From a virus: a stretch of DNA of 64,000 nucleotides. The stretch is from positions 1 through 64,000 of IMG/VR virus record IMGVR_UViG_3300012944_000002; one strand, 5' to 3'. Below the pieces are notes generated by a model, which saw only the letters and a program-made list of their open reading frames with translations, was not told where the DNA came from and ran no database searches. Shown here in pieces: positions 25,781 through 34,284 of the stretch. Positions within the stretch are counted from its first letter, which is position 1. Every line of letters starts with the position of its first letter. Position numbers and translations under genes: made by a program.

Positions 25781-25936
25781 GTGGGATGGAACCCGTTCGC
25801 CCCGACCTACCCGGAACCCGACACCCCCGCCGACACCACCCTGACCCCCAACCAAGCCCGGCAGGCGGAAGAAGCACGCCAGACCACCGCCCGACTGCGA
25901 GAGCAAGTCCAGCGCCGCGCAACCCGGAACCCGTAA
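25781..25936 (+). CDS. hypothetical small protein (51 aa)
   Basis: GTG 25781 after GAGAGGAG. Below the track cutoff. Confidence 0.45.
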   Translation: MGWNPFAPTYPEPDTPADTTLTPNQARQAEEARQTTARLREQVQRRATRNP

Positions 25937-25974
25937 ACCACCCGACCACCCGCCTCACCCCGAAGGAGCCCGCA

Positions 25975-26172
25975 ATGCGTAACCCCATCACCGCCGCGAA
26001 GGCCGTCGTCCGACTCAAGGCCGCCGACAAGGCCATGGACGCCTACTTCGAGCAGGTCGCCGACCCGACCGTCGAAACCACGCAGTCCCGGTACCTGTAC
26101 CTGGACGTCGAAGACGCCTACGACAACCCGGCGTTGCCCGACCGGTACCGCGACCCCCGCGACCGCACCTGA
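25975..26172 (+). CDS. hypothetical small protein
   Basis: Tail of track ORF 25222..26172 from ATG 25975 after GAAGGAG. Confidence 0.55.
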   Translation: MRNPITAAKAVVRLKAADKAMDAYFEQVADPTVETTQSRYLYLDVEDAYDNPALPDRYRDPRDRT

Positions 26173-26204
26173 TCCGGCACCCACCACACCCGAAGGAGCT
26201 CACC

Positions 26205-26414
26205 GTGCGCGCCATCCTCGGCGGCATCCTGTTCGGCCTCACCGCCGCCTACCCCACGCTCGCCGCGCTGCTCTGGCACGCCACCAGTTGGGCCGCGTCC
26301 CCCGCGGTGGCCGCGGCCGCCTGGTCGCTGCACCAACCCGCCGCCGTCGTAGCGCTCGCCGTGGCCGTCGGCTGGCGGTACGTCGTGCGGCGCATGAGGG
26401 GGCGGACGGCGTGA
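26205..26414 (+). CDS. small membrane protein
   Basis: Track ORF 26205..26414. GTG start after GAAGGAG. Two hydrophobic helices. Confidence 0.55.
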   Translation: MRAILGGILFGLTAAYPTLAALLWHATSWAASPAVAAAAWSLHQPAAVVALAVAVGWRYVVRRMRGRTA

Positions 26415-27433
26415 ACGAGAAGCCCCCGTTCAACCTCGTCGAGTCCTTCACCCTCGCGCCCGGGCTCACGCCGGCCGCCACCCCGCGCGGCGACCGGTGG
26501 CGCACCGTCGGCCACTGGCTGCGCGACACCGGCCTCGGTGTCGTCGGGTTCCTCATCGTCCTCGTCGTCGCCGTGTCCGGCTGGACCGCCAGCTTCATCG
26601 GCCTGCACTCGTTCGGCATGACCCACATGGGCTTGACTGCGCACACCGGCTGGCTGGTGCCCGCGACGTTCGACGGCGCCCCCCTCGGTCTGTCCCTCGT
26701 CGTGTTCCGCGCGTCGATCCATGGCCGCAGCGCCACCGTGTGGCGGCTCCTCATCGTCGTCTTCACAGGCCTGTCGTCGTGGATCAACTACCAGCACATC
26801 AGCGACCCCACCGGCCGGTGGATCGCCTCGTTCATGCCGCCCGCCGCAGTGCTGCTCTTCGAGGGCCTGATGTCCGAGGCCCGCGCCGCGGCAGCCCGGC
26901 GCGACGGGCAGGAACGGCCCCGCCTCCACCCGCTTCGGTGGGTCATCGACCGGTCCGGAACCTGGGCGATCTACCGCGCCTACGTCCTCGGCATCGAACT
27001 CCCCGAGGCGCTCAAGGAAGCGGCCGGAGAGGTCGCGGCGAGCGCCGAGAGCGAGCGCCCCATGGACGCTCAGCCCGAGCGCGCCCCCGACGCTCACACC
27101 GAGGCCCCGGTGAGCGCTCACGGTGAGCGCCCAAGCGACGCTCAGCCCACGCGCTCATCCAGGACCAACCGCGGGCGCTCAGCGGGCGGCCAGAAGAGCG
27201 CGCCCAGGAAGACCACAACCGAGCGCCGCCGTGAGCGCGTCCGTGCGCTCTACGACGAGCTGGACAAGCGGCCCGAGTGGACCGAGATCCGTGACGTCCT
27301 CGTTGAAGCGAAGCTCGCCCCCAGGGCGATCTCCCGCCCCACATGCCAGCGGATCCGCGACGCCGTCGAGAAGAACGAACCGCACCTCGCCGCCCTCGGC
27401 CAGACCAACGTCCGCACACTCACCGGAAGCTGA
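26411..27433 (+). CDS. DUF2637-like membrane protein with C-terminal DNA-binding-type tail (Spd-like)
   Basis: Tail of track ORF 26288..27433 from GTG 26411 (GTGA overlap). Four TM helices in the N-terminal half, then a charged linker and a basic C-terminus. Confidence 0.65.
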   Translation: MNEKPPFNLVESFTLAPGLTPAATPRGDRWRTVGHWLRDTGLGVVGFLIVLVVAVSGWTASFIGLHSFGMTHMGLTAHTGWLVPATFDGAPLGLSLVVFRASIHGRSATVWRLLIVVFTGLSSWINYQHISDPTGRWIASFMPPAAVLLFEGLMSEARAAAARRDGQERPRLHPLRWVIDRSGTWAIYRAYVLGIELPEALKEAAGEVAASAESERPMDAQPERAPDAHTEAPVSAHGERPSDAQPTRSSRTNRGRSAGGQKSAPRKTTTERRRERVRALYDELDKRPEWTEIRDVLVEAKLAPRAISRPTCQRIRDAVEKNEPHLAALGQTNVRTLTGS

Positions 27434-27442
27434 ATCACCGCG

Positions 27443-28210
27443 ATGGATCAACTCACCTGCCAAGCCCAGCGCGACGGCGCGCCCTGCATCCACGCGGCGA
27501 CGCTGGTCGTGCCGGTTCGGCTGTGCGACGAGCACAAGTTGCAGGTCGCGGCGTTCGTCGTGCCGGAGATGCTGGTCGGCGCGTTGCGTGATGCTCGCGC
27601 GCTGAGTAGCCGAACCCTGCCGCCTGACCTTGCGCACCTGGTGGCGAGCGCGCAGGCCGCGCAGATGCCGGCGACGGACCCGCATTCGGCGCTGGTGTAC
27701 TTCATGGCCAACGGCGGCCGGGTCAAGATCGGATACACGAAGTCCCTGTTCAGCCGCGTGCAGTCGCTATCGCTCAGGGAAGACGCGGTGCTACTTCTGC
27801 TGCACGGCGGGATGGATCTGGAGCGGGCGCTGCACGCGAAGTTCGGGGCCTATCGCGTGGCCGACAGCGAGTGGTTCGAACTCGCCCCGGACGTCGTCCA
27901 CTTCATCTCCGGCAAGGGGCCGAAGCACCGCGCCGGCGCCGCGCCCCGTCCGACCAGGGCAAAGGCCCGAGCCAGTCGTTCGCGCGCAGCCAAGAAGGCA
28001 CCGCGCCGATCTCTCGATGAGTGGGTGGATGCCGCCGCGCCGATCTTCCATATCGAGTTCGCCCGACTCCGTCGAAACCCCACGGCTACCGAGTTTGCAT
28101 CCGCACTCGCCGCCGCCGGCCTCGGCGTCGTCTCCGACTCCACAGCCAAGAACATCCGCGCCGAAATCCTCGACCGCGCGCCCCTGCCCAGCCTCGACGG
28201 AGAAAGCTGA
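27443..28210 (+). CDS. T5orf172 / GIY-YIG-superfamily domain protein with basic C-terminal tail
   Basis: Track ORF 27443..28210. VYFMANGGRVKIGYTKSLFSRVQSL...LERALHAKFGAYRVADSEWFEL. Confidence 0.75.
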   Translation: MDQLTCQAQRDGAPCIHAATLVVPVRLCDEHKLQVAAFVVPEMLVGALRDARALSSRTLPPDLAHLVASAQAAQMPATDPHSALVYFMANGGRVKIGYTKSLFSRVQSLSLREDAVLLLLHGGMDLERALHAKFGAYRVADSEWFELAPDVVHFISGKGPKHRAGAAPRPTRAKARASRSRAAKKAPRRSLDEWVDAAAPIFHIEFARLRRNPTATEFASALAAAGLGVVSDSTAKNIRAEILDRAPLPSLDGES

Positions 28211-28212
28211 CC

Positions 28213-30369
28213 ATGACCATCACCGACGGCACCGTCATCAACGGGCACGAGCAGCCGCTGAGGCTCGTGAAGATCGGCGACCCGCCGGCCACGCAGCCCA
28301 GCGCCCCGCCCGTACAGCCGGCCACGCAGCCGACGCCGCCGGCCGAGCGTCCCGCCGCCGACCCGCTGCTGCGCCGCTCCGTCCGCCGAGTGCGCGTCGT
28401 CGTCACCCACGACCGCACCAAGAGCGGTGCCCGTCTGGTCGCTCGCCATGGCGCTTTCGTCGCGGGCGGAGCGGGCATCCTCGCGAAGCGCACTTGGGAC
28501 GGCCGCAGCGCCGCCCGGTACGAGCGGATGATGCGCACCGCAGAAGCCGCAGGTCAGCGCGAGGAAGCCATGATCTGGGAGGAGCGCGGCCGGGCCTTCC
28601 GTGCCGCCCGCCACCAGCGGCGAATGGACCTGCTGAAGGCGCCGCAGCAGATCGCCAAGGCCACCGCGGTCGGCACTGCGGCAACGGCCGGCGGGCTGCT
28701 CGGCCTGGGCGTCCTCATGGCCATCGCCGAGAAGGACCCCTTGCAGGTCATCGTGCCCGTCATGGGCACCATCGAGGCGATCCGGTGGGCCGTGGTCTTC
28801 GTGTCGATCATCTGGGGCCCGGCCGTGTTCCTCGCCCCGTGGATGATCCTCCTGGGCCTGTGGCACACCGGCCACCAGCGGCAGACCGCTCCGCAGTGGG
28901 CACTGCCCCCGCGTCAGCGCAGCGATGGTGAGCCGATCACCCCGTCGATCGTTGTCACCGCCCTGCGCGACCTGGGCATTGGCCAACTGCGGGGCGCCAT
29001 CAAGAACATGGAGGACGCAGGCGCGGGCATGCTCGGCCCCATCGTCATCGCAGGCTGCGGCGTCGAACTCGACGTGCTGCTGCCGTCCGGCGTCAGCACC
29101 GAAGAGGTCATGAACCGGCGGCGGAAGCTCGCCGAGAACATGGGCCGGCACGAGCACGAGGTGTTCGTCACCAAGGCGACCGCCGCCCGCACCGTGCACC
29201 TGTGGATCGCCGACTCCGGGGCGCTCGATGAGCCGATCGGCCCGTCGCCGCTGGTCATCGACCCGGACTCGACCGCCGACTACAAGAACGGCCGCGCCCC
29301 ATGGGGCGTTGACCTGCGCGGCGACGCCGCCCTGATCAGCGTCTACCAGTGCCACATGCTCATCACCGGCCTGTCCAACCAGGGCAAGACCGCGTCGCTG
29401 CGGTCCCTGTTCCTGTGGCTCGCCCACGACGTCGCCGTGGAGTTCCGCGTCGCCGACCTCAAGGGCATCGGCGACTGGTCGTGCGCGGACGGCATCGCCA
29501 CCGAGCTGATCGAAGGTCCCACCGACCAGCACGTCATCGCCGCCACGCTGATGATGGAGGACGGCGTCGCCGAGATGCAGTGGCGCCTCCAGCAGCCCAA
29601 GGGCACCGTGTTCACCCCGCTGGTCCTGATCTGCGACGAAGCCCAGGTCGCTTACGGATCCGGGGCGGTCGGCGACGACAAGCGGCCCTACGGCGGCGCC
29701 AAGGCCACCTCCCGGTACTTCCAGGCGGTCAAGGCGATCCACGACCAGGGCCGCGCGGTGAACGTCACCGTCTGGGAAGGCACCCAGGACCCCACCGACC
29801 AGAACCTGCCCAAGCGCTCCCGCGAGGGCAACCACATCCGCGCCTCACTGGTCCTGGGCACGGAGTCGCAGGCCAGGATGGCGCTGGGCGACAAGGCCAT
29901 CGACGGCGGCGCCGCCCCCCACAAGCTCCGCCAGGGCCTCGACAAGGGCGTACTGGTCGTCGCGGGCGACGGCGTGAAACTGGCGCCCGGCCAATCGTCG
30001 ATCACCATCCGCACGCACTTCATCAACGACGACGAGGCCGACGAGCTCGCCGACCGCATCAAAAACCGCAGGTCAGGCGTCAAGTCCCGCAATGGCGAAG
30101 GCCAGGGCGAGCCGGCCGACCACCTCGCCGACATTGTCCAGGTGGTCGGGGCCGAGCCGCGCGTGCGTACCCCCGAAGTGCTGCACCGCCTTATCGAGCT
30201 CAACCCGGACGAGTACCGCGGGTGGACGTTCCCGGACCTGACGCGCGTCCTCGGCGAGTTCGGTGCTGCCCCCCACCGGTACGACGGCTACCCCGTCGTC
30301 GATCGCCAGAAGGTTGTCAACGCTCTCTCCGAGCGGGACTGGGACGCCGAAATTGACGACTCTGAGTAA
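28213..30369 (+). CDS. traB: FtsK/SpoIIIE-family DNA translocase, TraB/TraSA-like
   Basis: Tail of track ORF 28021..30369 from ATG 28213. TM helices, Walker A ITGLSNQGKT, Walker B LVLICDEAQ, and a C-terminal winged-helix-like segment. Confidence 0.85.
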   Translation: MTITDGTVINGHEQPLRLVKIGDPPATQPSAPPVQPATQPTPPAERPAADPLLRRSVRRVRVVVTHDRTKSGARLVARHGAFVAGGAGILAKRTWDGRSAARYERMMRTAEAAGQREEAMIWEERGRAFRAARHQRRMDLLKAPQQIAKATAVGTAATAGGLLGLGVLMAIAEKDPLQVIVPVMGTIEAIRWAVVFVSIIWGPAVFLAPWMILLGLWHTGHQRQTAPQWALPPRQRSDGEPITPSIVVTALRDLGIGQLRGAIKNMEDAGAGMLGPIVIAGCGVELDVLLPSGVSTEEVMNRRRKLAENMGRHEHEVFVTKATAARTVHLWIADSGALDEPIGPSPLVIDPDSTADYKNGRAPWGVDLRGDAALISVYQCHMLITGLSNQGKTASLRSLFLWLAHDVAVEFRVADLKGIGDWSCADGIATELIEGPTDQHVIAATLMMEDGVAEMQWRLQQPKGTVFTPLVLICDEAQVAYGSGAVGDDKRPYGGAKATSRYFQAVKAIHDQGRAVNVTVWEGTQDPTDQNLPKRSREGNHIRASLVLGTESQARMALGDKAIDGGAAPHKLRQGLDKGVLVVAGDGVKLAPGQSSITIRTHFINDDEADELADRIKNRRSGVKSRNGEGQGEPADHLADIVQVVGAEPRVRTPEVLHRLIELNPDEYRGWTFPDLTRVLGEFGAAPHRYDGYPVVDRQKVVNALSERDWDAEIDDSE

Positions 30370-30532
30370 AGGGAGGCCGTCAGGGAGGCAGGGAGTTCTC
30401 CCTAGCCGCCTCCCTGAACCCTCACTTCGCGTCTGACCTGCTGAAACGCTTCCGTCAGGGAGGCAGTGAGGCGCCCTTGATCGGCCCCGCAAGCCCCCGA
30501 ATTGACGCACAGAGCGACCCGTCCCCTCCCTG
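30369..30532. repeat. clt-like repeat cluster directly after traB
   Basis: CAGGGAGG at 30381-30388 and 30456-30463. Its complement CCTCCCTG at 30409-30416 and 30525-30532. A 15-bp perfect direct repeat CCGTCAGGGAGGCAG at 30377-30391 and 30452-30466. Confidence 0.55.
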
Positions 30533-30558
30533 TCAGCTCACCGAAGGAGTCACACCCA

Positions 30559-30744
30559 GTGATCCGCACCCACCCCAACGACCCGCCGCTGACCACCGTG
30601 GAGGCCGGCCGGATCGCCCGCATCACTGCCATGGCCGTGGTCCGCGGCGGAGTCCTCACCACCCGCCAGCAGAACACCATCGACCGCATCATCATCGGCG
30701 CCTGGAAGCGCGCCGCCCGAGCCGCGGCCCCCGCCAAGAAGTAA
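30559..30744 (+). CDS. hypothetical small protein
   Basis: In frame with track ORF 30502..30744. GTG 30559 is preferred (GAAGGAG upstream). Confidence 0.5.
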   Translation: MIRTHPNDPPLTTVEAGRIARITAMAVVRGGVLTTRQQNTIDRIIIGAWKRAARAAAPAKK

Positions 30745-30756
30745 GGAGCCCAACCC

Positions 30757-31176
30757 ATGTCCCCGCCGACGCTGCCCGAGCCGGTGCAGCCCACCTATCT
30801 GACTCCGACCGGGCAGCAGCCCATCGGCGTGCCGCCCGGCTACATCGTCGGCTACACCGCCGGCGGCGTGCCCACCTACGTGCCGCAGCAGCCCGCCGTC
30901 GTCAACCTCCAGGCCCCGGAGGCGACGATCCCGCCGTGGCTGGTGCAGCTGATCATCGTGACGTTCCTGATCCTCGCCGTGGTCACCGTGTGCGTGGGTG
31001 CAATCTGCGCGGTCGTCGTCCTCATGGGCGGAACGCTCATCGGGATCATCGGCGTGGTCGGCGCACAGCTGCCCCTGGTCGCCGCGACGCTGATCGGCGC
31101 GATCCTCGCCGCCGGCTGGGCCGCATCCAAGCTCAAGGGCGTCGTGCCGGCGGCGAAGGGCCGGGGGAAGCGATGA
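30757..31176 (+). CDS. Pro-rich membrane protein (Spd-like)
   Basis: Track ORF 30757..31176. RBS TAAGGAG. Long hydrophobic C-terminal half. Confidence 0.6.
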   Translation: MSPPTLPEPVQPTYLTPTGQQPIGVPPGYIVGYTAGGVPTYVPQQPAVVNLQAPEATIPPWLVQLIIVTFLILAVVTVCVGAICAVVVLMGGTLIGIIGVVGAQLPLVAATLIGAILAAGWAASKLKGVVPAAKGRGKR

Positions 31177-31331
31177 CCGGAGCCTGCCAGTCCTGCCATG
31201 CCCCCGGCCGCGCGCCGTACTGCAACGCCGACTGCAAAGCCGCCTCCGCCGGACCCGACGGGGTGAACGTGCCCGCACCGCGCGATCCGGTCGACCCGCT
31301 GCCCTCACGCTCCAACCCGACCCACATCTGA
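31173..31331 (+). CDS. small Cys-rich protein (52 aa)
   Basis: ATG 31173 (ATGA overlap) in the frame of track ORF 30477..31331. Contains CQSCH...YCNADC. Confidence 0.45.
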   Translation: MTGACQSCHAPGRAPYCNADCKAASAGPDGVNVPAPRDPVDPLPSRSNPTHI

Positions 31332-31344
31332 CCAGGAGACCGCC

Positions 31345-31524
31345 ATGTCCCGCACCTACCAGACCCCCGCCGGCCAGACCGTCGAGCTCGACGAGCGCGT
31401 CTTCGGCGACCACCTCAGTTGCACCGGCTGCACGACGGACTGGCAGGCGCCCGTCGGCGCCGGTCCGAAGGATGCCGCCACGCACGCGGCGAACTGCCGG
31501 GACGAACCCGAACGGAGCCGCTGA
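31345..31524 (+). CDS. hypothetical small protein (59 aa)
   Basis: ATG 31345 after CAGGAGA. The stop overlaps the next ATG. Below the track cutoff. Confidence 0.5.
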   Translation: MSRTYQTPAGQTVELDERVFGDHLSCTGCTTDWQAPVGAGPKDAATHAANCRDEPERSR

Positions 31525-31919
31525 TGTTCGCCACGACCTTCGTCCTGCTGCTCGTCGCCCACCTGCTCGCGGACTACGCCTTGCAGACGGACCGGCAGGC
31601 CACCCTGAAAGCCGAGCGATCGGCGGCCGGCTGGTGGGCGAACCTGTCCCACGCCGGAACCCACGTCCTTCTGTGCGCGGTCGCCCTCGGCGCGGGGGCG
31701 GCGCTCCTGCCCGGGACCCACCTGCCCGCGGCCCGGACCGTTCTGGCCGTGGCGTGGGTCGGCGTCAGCCACGGATTCGTGGACCGGCGCTGGCCCGTCG
31801 CCTGGTGGATGGACAACACCGGCTCAGCCGCGTTCCGCACCCGCGGCGGTGCGCAGCACGTCGACCAGACCGCACACATCCTCGCCCTCGCCGTGGCCGC
31901 CCTGGCCATCGCAGCCTGA
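31524..31919 (+). CDS. DUF3307-like integral membrane protein
   Basis: Tail of track ORF 31419..31919 from ATG 31524. N-terminus FVLLLVAHLLADYALQTD and several TM helices. Confidence 0.6.
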   Translation: MFATTFVLLLVAHLLADYALQTDRQATLKAERSAAGWWANLSHAGTHVLLCAVALGAGAALLPGTHLPAARTVLAVAWVGVSHGFVDRRWPVAWWMDNTGSAAFRTRGGAQHVDQTAHILALAVAALAIAA

Positions 31920-31964
31920 CCGCACCCCAGAGCCCGAACCACCTCAACCCGAACGGAGTTCCCC

Positions 31965-32252
31965 ATGAACACCACCGACAGCCTCATCGCCGACTACGCC
32001 AAGCCGATCGCCAACAGCGTCGACCTCGCCGCATCCGACTACGACCAGACCGCCGAAGGGCTCGCCAGTCTCCTCCGGGACGCCGCGAACTGCCTCGGCT
32101 CCATGGATCAGACCCGCGACTGGCTGGACGCCGCCGCCGCCGACCTCGACGCCATCGCCCGGCTCGGAGACGGCGGCGCCAAGACGCAGCGGCTGCTCGA
32201 CCGCATCGACAGCACGTTGTACGAGGCCAAGTCCGAGCTGGAGATGCACTGA
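31965..32252 (+). CDS. hypothetical protein
   Basis: Track ORF 31965..32252. Balanced, acidic composition. Confidence 0.55.
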   Translation: MNTTDSLIADYAKPIANSVDLAASDYDQTAEGLASLLRDAANCLGSMDQTRDWLDAAAADLDAIARLGDGGAKTQRLLDRIDSTLYEAKSELEMH

Positions 32253-32387
32253 CCGTCCGCTCGACGTGACCCCCGCGCCCTCGTCGTGTACGCCACGGCG
32301 GGGGCGCGGTGCTGTCGGCGGGGGAGATGGGTGCGGCCGGCCGATAACCCCCGCGGCGGTGTCGGGCGGCCGGTGCACACTGGCGGC

Positions 32388-32735
32388 ATGGCTGAACTCG
32401 ATGCTGATGTGGTCGTCCAGCAGTACCTCGACCGGATCCCGCGCGGTCACGAGCTCCACAACCGCGACCCGCTGTTCCACGGGCACATCACCTGGCTGCG
32501 CACCATCTGGCCCCCGCTGAACCGGGTGCTCGCCGAGGATGGCGTCAGTGGGGAAACGCGTGAGCGGGCGCTCAACACCATCGTCTACGGGTCACCGGAC
32601 CCGACGGAGGCCATTGGGCGCCTGCGCGACTTCGAAGCGAAGCTCGACCTCATGCAACGGGACATGCTCGGCGACCTGCGCCCCGGCCACCAGTTCACGG
32701 GTATCGACGGACTGTTCGGCGGCGAGGGGCCGTGA
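32388..32735 (+). CDS. hypothetical protein
   Basis: Tail of track ORF 32286..32735 from ATG 32388. Confidence 0.55.
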   Translation: MAELDADVVVQQYLDRIPRGHELHNRDPLFHGHITWLRTIWPPLNRVLAEDGVSGETRERALNTIVYGSPDPTEAIGRLRDFEAKLDLMQRDMLGDLRPGHQFTGIDGLFGGEGP

Positions 32736-33226
32736 CGTACCGCACGAGCGCGGAGCGCGCCAATCTGGCCTGGTGGCTTTATGGGCTGTCCCCGATCTTT
32801 ACGCAGGCCGCCCGCGCAGGGATGAAGCAGATTGATGCGGAGGAGCACTACTACGCCGTGGCCCGGGCCATCGGCTTCGCCGAGGCGGATGCCTACGCGC
32901 TTCTGGGCGACGTGCTGCCGACGACCGAGGACGAGTGGCGGGCGGCGCGACAGCCGCTCTACGCCCCACCCTCCCGCCTCGCCGAACTCAAGGACGTGGC
33001 CCGCAGGGGTGGCATCTCCGGGGTGCGCGCATGGCTGGCTGGCGAGGGCTTCTGTACGCAGATGGACTTGCTGACCGCGCAGATGGGCGCCGCCCTCGCA
33101 GAGGTCGAGCGCCTGCGGGGCGCCGTCCTGCGAATGGCCGCCGACTGCGGGCCGCCGCCTCTCGCCATCGACGGGCACGCCTACCGGCAGCGGCAGCGCA
33201 ACAGGGTGAAGAGGGGGCGGCGGTGA
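32732..33226 (+). CDS. hypothetical protein
   Basis: Track ORF 32732..33226 (GTGA overlap). Confidence 0.55.
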   Translation: MTYRTSAERANLAWWLYGLSPIFTQAARAGMKQIDAEEHYYAVARAIGFAEADAYALLGDVLPTTEDEWRAARQPLYAPPSRLAELKDVARRGGISGVRAWLAGEGFCTQMDLLTAQMGAALAEVERLRGAVLRMAADCGPPPLAIDGHAYRQRQRNRVKRGRR

Positions 33227-33327
33227 GCGACATCAACTGGTGGCTTGGCGCGCTGACCGGGTTCTGCGTTGGCGTCGGGCTCGTGGGGACGCTCCTGTTC
33301 CTGAACGCTTGGGGGCGTCGACCATGA
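33223..33327 (+). CDS. small membrane peptide (34 aa)
   Basis: GTG 33223 (GTGA overlap). Translation VSDINWWLGALTGFCVGVGLVGTLLFLNAWGRRP. The stop overlaps the next ATG. Confidence 0.4.
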   Translation: MSDINWWLGALTGFCVGVGLVGTLLFLNAWGRRP

Positions 33328-33608
33328 CCGAACCGTTGAGTTGGGACCAACTCGCCGCCGAGCTCGGCTTCCTCGACATCGTCCGCGAGGAGTCCAAGCG
33401 GACGATCTACTGCGAGCCGCACCGTGTGCACCAGATCCGGGCGGCCGTTGACCAGAAGGGCGCGACCGACATCCTCACCGTGCGGGCGAGCGCGGCGCGT
33501 CCGCCCGGCCAACTCATCATCATCGACGAGGGCGCCATGGCCGCAGCAGAGGCGGAGTTCATCCAGGGGCTCGGCCGCGCGCCGTGGCGATTCGGAGGAA
33601 GACCGTGA
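33324..33608 (+). CDS. hypothetical protein
   Basis: Tail of track ORF 33240..33608 from ATG 33324 (ATGA overlap). Confidence 0.55.
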   Translation: MTEPLSWDQLAAELGFLDIVREESKRTIYCEPHRVHQIRAAVDQKGATDILTVRASAARPPGQLIIIDEGAMAAAEAEFIQGLGRAPWRFGGRP

Positions 33609-33904
33609 GCAACGTCGTCGTGTCCGTCGCAGAGCCGGGTCGCGAACTGAGTCTCGCGGAGCCGGTACGCGTCGGGGACATTCTGCGGATCGGGCAGCCC
33701 ATGCAGTCCTACTACAGCGACGGCAGCCCGGGCGGGGTGCGGGACCTCGTGGTGCACGTCGCACAAGCGTTTCCCGGGGCGCCTTGCAATGTGATCGTCG
33801 GCGATCCCACGCCATACGCCGGAATGGGCTACGTCTGGCGGTACGTCAACGCTGGCGAGCCTGTTGTGGTCGTTGGGAACGCCCGGGCCAAGGTGAGCCC
33901 GTGA
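33605..33904 (+). CDS. hypothetical protein
   Basis: Tail of track ORF 33584..33904 from GTG 33605 (GTGA overlap). Confidence 0.55.
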   Translation: MSNVVVSVAEPGRELSLAEPVRVGDILRIGQPMQSYYSDGSPGGVRDLVVHVAQAFPGAPCNVIVGDPTPYAGMGYVWRYVNAGEPVVVVGNARAKVSP

Positions 33905-34284
33905 CCACCTCCCCCCTGGCCTTCCTGCACGCCACCCTGGACGCGGCGCAGGCCGAAGCCGAAGCGGCGACGAAGGGCCCGTGGGAGGCGGAAGGCGATG
34001 ACCCCACCGACGACACCGTTTACTCCGTCTGCGAAGACCCCGACCTTGTCGGCCACCAGGTGGCCTTCACTCGCGGCCCGGAGTCCTACGCCAACATGGT
34101 CCACATCGCCAGCCACGACCCCGCCGCCACCCTCCGCCGGATCGCCGCCGACCGGAAGCTGATCGAGGTCTGCGAGGAGGTGCTCGCCGTGGACGGCTGG
34201 GAGTACGACGACGCGCCGAAGTTGGCCGAGCACGTCATCAGTAACCTAGCCGAGGGCTGGGGCTGGATGGGGGAGCCGACGTGA
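33901..34284 (+). CDS. hypothetical protein (KGPW motif, paralog-like to 10793..11158)
   Basis: Tail of track ORF 33424..34284 from GTG 33901 (GTGA overlap). Contains ATKGPWEAEGD...VHIASHDPA. Confidence 0.55.
   Translation: MTTSPLAFLHATLDAAQAEAEAATKGPWEAEGDDPTDDTVYSVCEDPDLVGHQVAFTRGPESYANMVHIASHDPAATLRRIAADRKLIEVCEEVLAVDGWEYDDAPKLAEHVISNLAEGWGWMGEPT

Noticed and set aside
27850-29835. 661-aa minus-strand ORF antisense to the TraB-like gene. Similar long antisense or off-frame ORFs occur at 3271..4650, 38500..40065, 41290..42864, 52516..54858, 55765..57315, 57499..59007 and 60811..62616.
   Set aside because: The translations are Arg/Gly/Pro/Ala-rich with no motifs. The opposite + frames have recognisable domains and near-saturated G/C third positions. 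These are the expected stop-poor shadow frames of a 70% GC genome.
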